Assembly: GCF_963921235.1 (NCBI RefSeq)
Contig: NC_086107.1
Coordinates: 114,888,001 to 114,952,000 of the forward strand
Length of the DNA: 64,000 nucleotides
Source of the DNA: Mobula hypostoma
Taxonomy: Eukaryota
Direction of reading: 5' to 3'
Below, in pieces: positions 1 through 11,999 of the stretch. Numbering within the stretch: the stretch's first letter is position 1; the number at the start of each line of letters is the position of its first letter. Both the position numbers and the translations under genes were made by a program. The notes below the pieces were generated by a model. That model ran no database searches and was not told the origin of the DNA. It saw only the letters and a list, made by a program, of their open reading frames with translations.

Positions 1-140
1 CTAGGAAGAGGTACAGTCGACGTTTCGGGCCGAGACCCTTCGTCAGGACTAACTGAAGGAAGAGCGAGTAAGACATTCTGTACCCCTTCCTAGAGATGCT
101 GCCTGGCCTGCTGCGTTCACCAGCAACTTTTATGTGTGTA
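1..140 (-). mobile_element. Penelope-like element terminus with an inverted partial copy (runs off the window start)
   Basis: Same sequence as the element end at 20462-20620; 1-16 is inverted-repeated at 78-93. Confidence 0.7.
15..50 (-). ncRNA. Minimal type I hammerhead ribozyme motif, intact core
   Basis: AGTC-CTGACGA-A-GGG(TCTCGG)CCC-GAAAC-GTC-GACT: stem I AGTC/GACT, CUGANGA and GAAA boxes, palindromic mini stem III as in Penelope-associated hammerheads. Confidence 0.75.
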
Positions 141-1485
141 ACTTGTGAGGCCTCAGTGGGGGAGGGACTAGATACCAGAAAGGTCGGAGCGGCTCATGAA
201 CCCGTCTGTAATTACAGTCTTGATTACGGGTCTGGGCCCGAAACGTCGACTTTTTACTCATTTCCGTAGATGCTGCCTGGCCTGCTGAGTTCCTCCAGCA
301 TTTTGTGTGTATTACCATGCTGAAGGATATCTCAGCTTGAGAAGACGGACCGCCATCCAAAAAGCAGCAGCGTGTCGGAAGGTGGGGTGGATGGAGTCTG
401 CCTGTCTGCTGGGGTAAAGGTGTTGGAGAGGGGCGTATACGGGAGCGAGGTCACGTTACACACTCCCTCCGCACCGTCCCGTCACGCACAATATTTCTAA
501 ACATTTTCCCAGAAAATTACATTGAAAGCATAGAACCGTATTTACTAATTATTGCAATCGTTAATCAAATTTCCAACATGAATATAATTTCAAAATTTAT
601 ATACAATAAGCATAATTCCGTTTTGTAACTGCATTACAATCGATGCTTTTTCTCCCTGGATCCCATAGGCGCTACCCTATGTCACTCCCACCCAGCACTC
701 AGTAGTACACTGGTTCCATGGATGAGGGAGCCCTTGGCCAGCCCGAGGACTAAGACTCCCTGGTGATGAGACTGCCGGTGGGAGGGAGGTTCTTACTGCT
801 CAGACCCCTCCTGTATCAATCGTCGCCCTGTACACGCTCCCCCTCCACCGATCTCCCTGTCTCTACACCACTGCCGTCTCCGTGACCTCCTCCCTCTCCA
901 TTCCTCAAGCCCCTACGACTCTCCCCGTTCCAATGACCACCTCCCTCCCCGTCTCCGTGATGGTCTCCCTTCCCTAAACACCTCTCCAACTCTGACACCC
1001 TTCCCCGATTCCGTGACCCCTTTCCTCACCGTCTCTGTAATCACACCACCTTGACTCTGAGACCCACTTGCATCCGTACACCCTCCTCATCTCCGAGATC
1101 ACCATAGACTTCCAGCCCCGTTTCCTTCGACCAGTTTTAACTTCCATCGCTCCTCCATCAGTTGCCTTGCCTTCTTTGCTCGGGTCTTCCCACCCACCCT
1201 CTCCTCCCACCTCCCATACCAGGGGCAGTGGGGACCCAGGAATACACGAGCTGATCTGTCCAGGAGAAGGCTAGCAAACACTTGTGGGATGAAGGGTCTT
1301 CAGCACGTGGTCCTTCAGTAAATCCATTTGGGCCAGCGAGCACCCGTTTGTTTTATTCTCCATCCCAACATCCTTCGGCCAAACAGTGGCCAACTCACCC
1401 ACCAACGTGGCTGGACGTCATGTTGCAGTCGCAGAAGCAGCATTTGGGAATATTCTGTGCAGTTCCCGTTCCCCCGGCTGGATGA

Positions 1486-1797
1486 ACAGACGCCTGGGAG
1501 TACGGGACAGACGCCTGGGAGCACGGGACAGACCCCTGGGAGCACGGGACAGACGCCTGGGAGCACGGGACAGACCCCTGGGAGCACGGGACAGACGCCT
1601 GGGAGTACGGGACAGACCCCTGGGAGCACGGGACAGACGCCTGGGAGTACGGGACAGACCCCTGGGAGCACGGGACAGACGCCAGGGAGCACGGGGCAGA
1701 CGCCTGGGAGCACGGGGCAGACCCCTGGGAGTACGGGACAGACGCCTGGGAGCACGGGACAGACACCTGGGAGCACGGGGCAGACGCCTGGCCACGG
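1486..1797. repeat. 21-bp tandem repeat, ~15 copies (ACAGACGCCTGGGAGCACGGG)
   Basis: Directly visible; gives periodic ORFs on both strands; lies 3' of the MAPK7 stop, possibly in the 3' UTR. Confidence 0.95.
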
Positions 1798-2992
1798 GGA
1801 GACAGAGCAATGATGCTGTTGTTTGACACATTGGCCTTCAGCTGTGGGGGCACTGAGTACAGGAGTTGGGACGTCCCGTTTCAGTTTCACAATTGGTGAG
1901 GCTGCTCGGTTCTGGTTATCCGGTTATTGAAAGGGTGGACTTAAACTGGAGAGGCGGCAGGAAAAGATTCTTCAGCAAGTAGTCTGGAGTGGGTAGTTGA
2001 ACTAGTTAAGTTTTAATTATTTCGTTTAGAGGTACAGCGCGGTACAGGCCAAACGAGCCGTACCACCCAACAACCCACCCACATAACACTAGCCTAATCA
2101 GCCAACAATTCACAATGACCAATTAACCTTTACGCCTTTGGACTGTGGGAGAAAACTAGAGCAAGTCCTCGCAAACTCATGGGGGACAATGTACAAACGG
2201 CGCCGGATTTAAACTCCGTACTCCGGAAAGTCCCGGGCTGCACTGACGTCCCGTTAGCCGCTACGCTCCCACGGTGCCCTGAGTTGTAAGGAGATACAGG
2301 ACAGGTCGGGGCTGTCTTCCATGGGGCATAGGAGACCGAGGTGTATAAAGCCACGAGGGGTACAGATAGGGTGAATGTGTACAGTCTTTTACTAGTGTTG
2401 GGGAATGAAGAACCAAAGGGGACGTGAAGTGCAGCTTTTTCATCTGGACTTTGGAGGTGGTTCGTAAATGGGACGATCTGCTCCAGGAAGTGGTCGATGT
2501 GGGACAGGCAAGTGGGTGGTGTAGGCACAGATTTGATGGGCTGAAGGGCCTATTTCAGTGCTGTACAGCTAAGTAAGTCTACACTAGGGTTGGAGTGGAG
2601 TTCTTACTCCTTCCCAGGGCAGAACACTGGGTGGGGTGGGAAGGACGATTTCTCACAGCAGATTTACCAGATCCTCCCTCTGTGGCCTCTACCACCTCCC
2701 CAGAATCTGGTCAAGTGTCTGTCCCCTCCCACATAACCTGCGGACGAGGATTCCAGTGTGCGACCTGGGCGCAGAGCAGATGACTCTTTCTGGTGAGGCT
2801 TCACCCTCTCTCTTCCTGCTCAAGGAGGTGTGTGGTGGGAAGGCCTCTGGCTCCCAGTGGGGTCCTGTATCCGCAGCCTGGTAATCCGCTGCTGTCCCGT
2901 TCTGTCAGTCTGGGGGTCCCGCACTACGACACACCCTCCCTCGCTCGCAGGGATTCCAACCAGGTCACGATCATTTCCCTCGTGATGGGGGG

Positions 2993-3137
2993 CTATATAT
3001 CGGCCAGGTCGGAGAGGCTCATGGGGGATCCCAGCTGTAATTCCTGCTGCAGGGATTCCATCTCAGCTGGATGCATCCGGTGGACCTCCAGCCAATCAGC
3101 CAGCAGCGAAGCAGAGAGGGGGGCAGAGTCTGCCTGG
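2993..3137 (-). CDS. MAPK7: MAPK7 last coding exon (transactivation domain; TAG at 2995-2993)
   Basis: SQADSAPLSASLLADWLEVHRMHPAEMESLQQELQLGSPMSLSDLADI*; the six exons total 2772 nt = 923 aa + stop. Confidence 0.94.
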
Positions 3138-3185
3138 CTGCAGGGGAGGGGTGGAAGAAACACGATCAGACACTCACAGTGTCAC

Positions 3186-3971
3186 GTCAGACACAGAGTG
3201 AAGCTCTCTCCACACCGTCCCATCATACACTCCCGGGGTCAGACACAGAGTGAAACTCCCTCCGCACCGTCCCATCACACACTCCCGGGGTCAGGCACAG
3301 AGTGAATCTCCCTCCACACCGTCCCATCACACACTCCCGGGATCAGACACAGAGTGAAACTCCCTCCACACCGTCCCATCACACACTCCCGGGGTCAGAC
3401 ACAGAGTGAAACTCCCTCCGCACCGTCCCATCACACACTCCCGGGGTCAGACACAGAGTGAAGCTCCCTCCGCACCGTCCCATCACACACTCCTGGGGTC
3501 AGACACAGAGTGAATCTCCCTCCACACCGTCCCATCACACACTCCTGGGGTCAGACACAGAGTGAATCTCCCTCCACACCGTCCCATCACACACTCCCGG
3601 GATCAGACACAGAGTGAAACTCCCTCCACACTGTCCCATCACACACTCCCGGGGTCAGACACAGAGTGAAACTCCCTCCATACCATCCCATCGCACACTC
3701 CCGGGATCAGACACAGAGTGAAGCTCCCTCCACACCGTCCCATCGCACACTCCCGGGATCAGACACAGAGTGAAACTCCCTCCACACCGTCCAATCGCAC
3801 ACTCCCGGGGTCAGACACAGAGTGAATCTCCCTCCACACCGTCCCATCACACACTCCCGGGATCAGACACAGAGTGAAGTTCCCTCCACACAGTCCCATC
3901 ACACACTCCCGGGGTTAGATACGGAGTGAAACTCCCTCCACACCGTCCCGTCACACACTCCCAGGATCAGA
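3186..3971. repeat. 52-bp minisatellite, left arm (~15 units)
   Basis: Unit TCAGACACAGAGTGAA(A/G/T)CTCCCTCCACACCGTCCCATCACACACTCCCGGGG; period 52 (e.g. 3241->3293). Confidence 0.97.
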
Positions 3972-6110
3972 ACCGTCTGGGTTTGGTAATTGGACAGGTG
4001 GTCCATCCTGACCAATCTTACACAGTCCCGGGCCGCTCCATCCAGGACAATGTCCACCTAGTACGGGACCTGATCCACCTGCTCCAGGAGACTGGGTCCC
4101 CGGCAGCGTTTCTTTCTCTTGACCAGGAGAAGGCGTTTGACCGGGTGGACCACAGTTTCCTGCTGGGCACCCTGCAGGCTTTTGGGCTCGGACTACACTT
4201 TGTGGCCCGAGTTCGGCTCCTGTACTCTGCCGCAGAGTGCCTAGTTAAGATTAACGGATCATTGACAGGACCTATCCACTTCCGAAGAGGAGTGCGTCAA
4301 GGGTGCCCCATGTCCGGTCAACTGTATGCGATCTGTGTCGAGCCATTCCTCAGCCTTCTTCGGCGAAGGCTGACAGGTCTGGTTCTGCGCGAACCGGACA
4401 TGAGGGTCGTCCTCTCGGCCTACGCCGATGACGTACTCCTCATGATGACAGACCCCTGTGACCTGCGGAGGATGCGCGAGTGCCAAGATGTTTTCTCGAC
4501 GGCATCCTCCGCGAGGATCAACTGGGCGAAATGTTCCGGACTCTTAGTAGCCCAGTGGCAGGTGGACTCCCTGTTGGAGGAGATGAGAGCTTTTGAGTGG
4601 AGCACCAGACGCCTTCTCTATCTGGGAGTCTACCTGAGTCCTTCTGGGGAGACCTGGCTGGCGAACTGGCAGGACCTGGAGACAAAGGTCATGGGCCGGC
4701 TGGGGCGCTGGTCAGGCCTTCTCAGGCTGCTTTCCTATCGAGGCAGGGTGGTGGTCATAAACCAGCTGGTGGCCTCCATGTTGTGGTACCGGATGGTCAC
4801 CTTGGCCCCCCCTGCCCCTTTTGTCGCGGGAATGCAGAGGAAGCTAGTGGACTTCTTCTGGGGAAACAGGAAACACTGGGTCTCTGCAGCGGTTCTGAGT
4901 CTCCCAGAAGGAGAGGGCGGACAGTCGCTGGTGTGTGTACGCACACGACTGGCGGCTCTCCGCCTCAGGACCCTGCAGAGATTCTTGTACGCCGAGCACC
5001 CTCTCAGTGGACGTGTTGGCGACTTTCTTCCTCCGGAGGGGCTGCTGCCTTCACGAAGATATGCAGCTACCACCGGCAGGCGTTAGCCGTGCTGCTTTGC
5101 AGAGGCTGCCCGGCTTCTATCAGGACCTACTGAGAGTCTGGAACATGGTTGCCTCAGGCCGGGAATCCCCTCCTCTGGCAGAGGGTGGGGTCCTGGCCGA
5201 CCCTTGCCCTGCCTCAGCGGATGTCGGTGCGGCTCAGGTGTGTGGATCGACTCAGGCTGAGCTGCTCGTCGGGCCCAGGCCCCGCAGCCTTACCCGGGAG
5301 ACGAATCCACACAACTTGAGCCGTCTTTCATCGACACCCACAATCCCATTCAGGGATGCAGGCAGGAGGTACCTTTATGGGCTGCTGCTCCACACCCTCC
5401 ACTTCCTAGCCCTTGTCCACCGTCCCGACACGCCATGGCGGTCGGTCTTTCCACCTGGAGGTGAGGGGGGTCCCCAATGGAAGTCCCTTTACAAGGGAGT
5501 CCTCCCCATGCACCTTGGGGATCTCGGCTGGAGGGTGCTGCATAAAGCGGTGCCCTGAAATAAGTTCTTTAGTCTGTACACGGATCTCCCAGCCGCGTGT
5601 CACTTCTGCGGGCTGGAGGAGACCGTGTACCACATGTACGTGGAGTGTGTGGGGCTGCAGCCCCTTTTCGCGTATTTGCGTGGGCTGCTTCTCGCCTTCT
5701 GGTTGCATTTCAGTCCCACCCTATTCATATATGGTCATCCAGTAAGGAGGGGGGCACAGAGGGATGAGGATGTCCTTGTCAACTTGCTCCTGGGGCTGGC
5801 GAAAATTGCCATCCGTGGCTCCTGGAAAAGGGTGGCAGGAGGTTCTGCCCGGACGGACTGCCTGGCTATGTTTAGGGGGTATGTTCGTGCCCGGGTGAAC
5901 ATTGAAAAGGAATACGCACAGTCCACGGCGACCGTAGAGGTGTTCCGGGACCGTTGGGCTCCGCGGGGTGTAAATGCCATCATTGATGAGGATGGCAATA
6001 TATTGGTTTAAGATGTATTGTCTGTTTGTAGTGTAGTAAATATGTTAGTCACTGGTTTTGTAAATATTGTATAGCACCGACATTTGTAATAAAGAATTTT
6101 GTGAAAAAAA
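3972..6110 (+). mobile_element. 5'-truncated Tx1-clade (L1 group) non-LTR retrotransposon with degenerate ORF2
   Basis: RT motifs SLDQEKAFDRVDH, GVRQGCPMSG, AYADD; C-terminal CHFCG..ETVYH..VEC; frameshift ~5010, stop 5556-5558; AATAAA 6088, poly(A) 6104-6110; TSD AGGATCAGA at 3963-3971 and 6111-6119. Confidence 0.88.
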
Positions 6111-9100
6111 AGGATCAGACACAGAGTGAAGTTCCCTCCACACCGTCCCGTCACACACTCCCGGGGTCAGACAGAGTAAAACTCCCTCCACACTGTCCCA
6201 TCACACACTCCCGTGGTCAGACACAGAGTGAATCTTCCCTCCACACCGTCCCATCACACACTCCCGGGGTCAGACACAGAGTGAATCTTCCCTCCACACT
6301 GTCCCATCACACACTCCCGTGGTCAGACACAGAGTGAATCTTCCCTCCACACCGTCCCATCACACACTCCCGGGGTCAGACACAGAGTGAAACTCCCTCC
6401 ACACCGTCCCATCACACACTCCCGGGGTCAGACACAGAGTGAATCTCCCTCCACACCGTCCCATCACACACTCCCAGGGTCAGACACAGAGTGAAACTCC
6501 CTCCACACCGTCCCATCACACACTCCCGGGGTCAGACACAGAGTGAATCTCCCTCCACACCGTCCCATCACACACTCCCGGGGTCAGACACAGAGTGAAA
6601 CTCCCTCCACACCGTCCCATCACACACTCCAGGGGTCAGACACAGAGTGAATCTCCCTCCACACCGTCCCATCACACACTCCCGGGGTCAGACACAGAGT
6701 GAAGCTCCCTCCACACCGTCCCATCACACACTCCCGGGGTCAGACACAGAGTGAATCTCCCTCCACACCGTCCCATCACACACTCCCGGGGTCAGACACA
6801 GAGTGAATCTCCCTCCACACCGTCCCATCACACACTCCCGGGGTCAGACACAGGGTGAATCTCCCTCCACACTGTCCCATCACACACTCCCGGGGTCAGA
6901 CACAGGGTGAATCTCCCTCCACACTGTCCCATCACACACTCCCGGGGTCAGACACAGGGTGAATCTCCCTCCACACCGTCCCATCACACACTCCCGGGGT
7001 CAGATACAGAGTGAATCTCCCTCCACACCGTCCCATCACACACTCCCGGGGTCAGACACAGAGTGAATCTCCCTCCACACCGTCCCATCACACACTCCCG
7101 GGGTCAGACACAGAGTGAAACTCCCTCCACACCGTCCCATCACACACTCCAGGGGTCAGACACAGAGTGAATCTCCCTCCACACCGTCCCATCGCACACT
7201 CCCGGGGTCAGACACAGAGTGAAGCTCCCTCCACACCGTCCCATCGCACACTCCCGGGGTCAGACACAGAGTGAAACTCCCTCCACACCGTCCCATCGCA
7301 CACTCTCGGGGTCAGACACAGAGTGAAGCTCCCTCCACACCGTCCCATCACACACTCCCGGGGTCAGACACAGAGTGAAGCTCCCTCCACACCGTCCCAT
7401 CACACACTCCCGGGGTCAGACACAGAGTGAAGCTCCCTCCACACCGTCCCATCACACACTCCCGGGGTCAGACACAGAGTGAAGCTCCCTCCACACCGTC
7501 CCATCACACACTCCCGGGGTCAGACACAGTGAAGCTCCCTCCACACCGTCCCATCACACACTCCCGAGGTCAGACACAGAGTGAAGCTCCCTCCACACCG
7601 TCCCATCACACACTCCCGAGGTCAGACACAGAGTGAAACTCCCTCCACACCGTCCCATCACACACTCCCGGGGTCAGACACAGAGTGAAACTCCCTCCAC
7701 ACCGTCCCATCACACACTCCCGGGGTCAGACACAGAGTGAATCTCCCTCCACACCGTCCCATCACACACTCCCGGGGTCAGACACAGAGTGAAACACCCT
7801 CCACACCGTCCCATCACACACTCCCGGGGTCAGACACAGAGTGAAACTCCCTCCACACCGTCCCATCACACACTCCCGGGGTCAGACACAGAGTGAAACT
7901 CCCTCCACACCGTCCCATCACACACTCCCGGGGTCAGACACAGAGTGAATCTCCCTCCACACCGTCCCATCACACACTCCCGGGGTCAGACACAGAGTGA
8001 AACACCCTCCACACCGTCCCATCACACACTCCCGGGGTCAGACACAGAGTGAATCTCCCTCCACACCGTCCCATCACACACTCCCAGGGTCAGACAGAGA
8101 GTGAACCTCCCTCCACACCGTCCCATCACACACTCCCGGGGTCAGACACAGAGTGAAACACCCTCCACACCGTCCCATCACACACTCCCGTGGTCAGACA
8201 CAGAGTGAATCTTCCCTCCACACCGTCCCATCACACACTCCCAGGGTCAGACACAGAGTGAAACTCCCTCCACACCGTCCCATCACACACTCCCGGGGTC
8301 AGACACAGAGTGAAGCTCCCTCTACACCGTCCCATCACACACTCCCGGGGTCAGACACAGAGTGAAGCTCCCTCCACACCGTCCCATCACACACTCCCGG
8401 GGTCAGACACAGAGTGAAGCTCCCTCCACACTGTCCCATCACACACTCCCGGGGTCAGACACAGAGTGAATCTCCCTCCACACCGTCCCATCACACACTC
8501 CCGGGGTCAGATACTGAGTGAATCTCCCTCCACACCGTCCCATCACACACTCCCGGGGTCAGACACAGAGTGAAACTCCCTCCACACCGTCCCATCACAC
8601 ACTCCCGGGGTCAGACACAGAGTGAAACTCCCTCCACACCGTCCCATCACACACTCCCGGGGTCAGACACAGAGAGAAGGTCCCTCTACACCGTCCCATC
8701 ACACACTCCCGCGGTCAGACACAGAGTGAATCTCCCTCCACACCGTCCCATCACACACTCCCGGGGTCAGACACAGAGTGAATCTCCCTCCACACCGTCC
8801 CATCACACACTCCCGGGGTCAGATACTGAGTGAATCTCCCTCCACACCGTCCCATCACACACTCCCGGGGTCAGACACAGAGTGAAACTCCCTCCACACC
8901 GTCCCATCACACACTCCCGGGGTCAGACACAGAGTGAAACTCCCTCCACACTGTCCCATCACACACTCCCGGGGTCAGACACAGAGTGAAACTCCCTCCA
9001 CGCCGTCCCATCACACACTCCCGGGGTCAGACACAGAGTGAAACACCCTCCACACCATCCCATCACACACTCCCGGGGTCAGACACAGAGTGAATCTCCC

Positions 9101-10578
9101 TCCACACCGTCCCATCACACACTCCCGGGGTCAGACACAGAGTGAATCTCCCTCCACACCGTCCCATCACACACTCCCGGGGTCAGACACAGAGTGAAAC
9201 TCCCTCCACACCGTCCCATCACACACTCCCGGGGTCAGACACAGAGTGAATCTCCCTCCACACCGTCCCATCACACACTCCCGGGGTCAGACACAGAGTG
9301 AATCTCCCTCCACACCGTCCCATCACACACTCCCGGGGTCAGACACAGAGTGAAACTCCCTCCACACCGTCCCATCACACACTCCCGGGGTCAGACACAG
9401 AGTGAAGCTCCCTCCACACCGTCCCATCACACACTCCCAGGGTCAGACACAGAGTGAAACTCCCTCCACACCGTCCCATCACACACTCCCGGGGTCAGAC
9501 ACAGAGTGAATCTCCCTACACACCGTCCCATCACACACTCCCGGGGTCAGACACAGAGTGAAGCTCCCTCCACACCGTCCCATCACACACTCCCGGGGTC
9601 AGACACAGAGTGAATCTCCCTACACACCGTCCCATCACACACTCCCAGGGTCAGACACAGTGAATCTCCCTCCACACCGTCCCATCACACACTCCCGGGG
9701 TCAGACACAGAGTGAATCTCCCTACACACCGTCCCATCACACACTCCCGGGGTCAGACACAGAGTGAATCTCCCTACACACCGTCCCATCACACACTCCC
9801 GGGGTCAGACACAGAGTGAAGCTCCCTCCACACCGTCCCATCACACACTCCCGGGGTCAGACACAGAGTGAATCTCCCTCCACACTGTCCCATCACACAC
9901 TCCCGGGGTCAGACACAGAGTGAAACTCCCTCCACACCGTCCCATCACACACTCCCGGGGTCAGACACAGAGTGAAACTCCCTCCACACCGTCCCATCAC
10001 ACACTCCAGGGGTCAGACACAGAGTGAATCTCCCTCCACACCGTCCCATCACACACTCCAGGGGTCAGACACAGAGTGAAACTCTCTCCACACCGTCCCA
10101 TCACACACTCCCGGGGTCAGACACAGAGTGAAGCTCCCTCCACACCGTCCCATCACACACTCCCGGGGTCAGACACAGAGTGAAACTCCCTCCACACCGT
10201 CCCATCACACACTCCCGAGGTCAGACACAGAGTGAATCTCCCTCCACACCGTCCCATCACACACTCCAGGGGTCAGACACAGAGTGAAACTCTCTCCACA
10301 CCGTCCCATCACACACTCCCGGGGTCAGACACAGAGTGAAACTCCCTCCACACCGTCCCATCACACACTCCCGGGGTCAGACACAGAGTGAAGCTCCCTC
10401 CACACCGTCCCATCACACACTCCCGGGGTCAGACACAGAGTGAAGCTCCCTCCACACCGTCCCATCACACACTCCCGGGGTCAGACACAGAGTGAAACTC
10501 CCTCCACACCGTCCCATCACACACTCCCGGGATCAGACACAGAGTGAATCTCCCTCCACACCGTCCCATCACACACTC
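6111..10578. repeat. 52-bp minisatellite, right arm (~86 units)
   Basis: Same unit, highly homogeneous; fills the last MAPK7 intron. Confidence 0.97.
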
Positions 10579-10680
10579 CTTTGGGAACAGGAAGCCCCTT
10601 CCACAGCACCCCATCACTTCCGAAATGTGACACCGAGGGCAGGGTAGAGTTGGTGTGGAACCAGTGTGAGGATCACTCAC

Positions 10681-10808
10681 CTTTCCTGGGTCTCGCCCAC
10701 CATGTCGAAAGACTGATTGAGGAACTCCTCCAGATCGAAGCCCACTCCGTAGCCTGCCCCACTGCCCTTTGGTGTGACTGAGAAAACAGGCGGGAGCAGA
10801 TCCTTCAC
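10681..10808 (-). CDS. MAPK7: MAPK7 coding exon 5 (128 bp)
   Basis: Manual translation VKDLLPPVFSVTPKGSGAGYGVGFDLEEFLNQSFDMVGETQE is near-identical to the ERK5 C-terminal motif; AG acceptor, GTGAGT donor. Confidence 0.95.
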
Positions 10809-10965
10809 CTGGAGGGGGCAAGCACAAGTTCAGGGAGGTACCTTCCACCGCATGCACCCTTCTGACTGTGTGACACCCTCCCTCCCCATCTCTGTGACCC
10901 CCTTCCCTACCTCCCCACCTGACCGCCTCCTCTTCCCCCAGACAGTCAAGCCCCGCTCACTTTAC

Positions 10966-11870
10966 CTGCGACTTGGACAGCTGCTGGGTCACCATGCTGA
11001 CATCCTCCTGCTCCGCAGTAGCCACCACCGAAGCCTCACTTCCTAGTCGTGGCTCAGTCGCCGGTCCTCTCGATGCCTCGGGGACTCCCTGCTCCTCCTC
11101 AGGGGGGTGGGGACCGTCCCAAGCCGCCGGCCGGTAGAGGGGTGCGGTGCTGCCCCACTCCTGTCCCACCCCCGTCCCGAACGGGCGCCCGGGGGTGGGT
11201 ATGTGGGCGAGGGCAGGGTTGGAGGCCGTGGGGGCTGGGGGAGGAGCGGGCGGGGGTGGCCGGGATCCAAGCGCCCGGTTGGGCTGGAACGGGTTCCCAG
11301 GGAAGCAACACGGCAGCTCGGCCGGGCCGCCAAAGCCCGAGAAAGGAGGTAGAGCCACGGGAGGCAGCAGCTCCGGATCCGTCCCTGGTCCCGCCGTGGC
11401 TGGGGCTGGTCCCAGTCCCGATCCTGTTCCTGGTGTCGGTCTGCTTCCTAGCCCAGGGCCTACGGGGGTCGGACCCTGTCCCGGTCCCTGGGGGGCAGGG
11501 GGACCCAGCCCCGGCCCGGCCGCGGCGGGTGGTGGCAGTCCCGGTCCTTGCTCGTGTCCGAAGCCCGGTCTCCTGCCCAGCCCGCAGCCGTTCCCAGTGC
11601 CGTTGAGGGTAGCCCCCGCCGGTCCCAGCCCGGCCTCCGTCATGCGCATCCAGCGCTGCAGCAGGCTCTTGTCGCCCTGGCTGAGGACCACGCCACCCAG
11701 CACGTCGCCTTCCTTCAGCTGCCGCCTCTCGCGCTCCCTCTGCCGCCGCTCGCGCTCACGGGCACGCTCCTGCCGCCGCCGCCGCTTCTCCTCGCGCTCC
11801 CGCTGCCGCTCCTGGGCCGTCACCGGCCGCCGCAGTTCCGCCATCTCCTGCACGCAGGCGGACGCTTCTG
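10966..11870 (-). CDS. MAPK7: MAPK7 coding exon 4: NLS and second Pro-rich region
   Basis: RRPVTAQERQREREEKRRRRQERARERE, LSQGDKSLLQRW.RM, MVTQQLSKSQ; acceptor AACAG/CAG, donor CAG|GTAAAG. Confidence 0.92.
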
Positions 11871-11999
11871 CTGTTGGGGGAAGAGGGTTTCCGTAACTAG
11901 GGGGCCACTGAAACCCTGCAGGGGCAGCAGGTGCCTGGGTTCCTGGGCTCTGCTTCTTAAATGCCCTCGTGCATCTACCCCTCAACTGCCCCCAACACC

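Noticed and set aside
1315..1890. Repetitive ORFs (PGVCPVL / QTPGSTG) as proteins
   Set aside because: Artefact of a 21-bp stop-free tandem repeat that is open on both strands
7525..7565. V(D)J RSS heptamer CACAGTG in satellite units (also ~9656)
   Set aside because: Created by a 2-bp deletion in the unit; no nonamer at 12 or 23 bp spacing
3186..10578. CRISPR-like array
   Set aside because: Units are contiguous 52-mers with no unique spacers, there are no cas genes, and the context is a vertebrate intron
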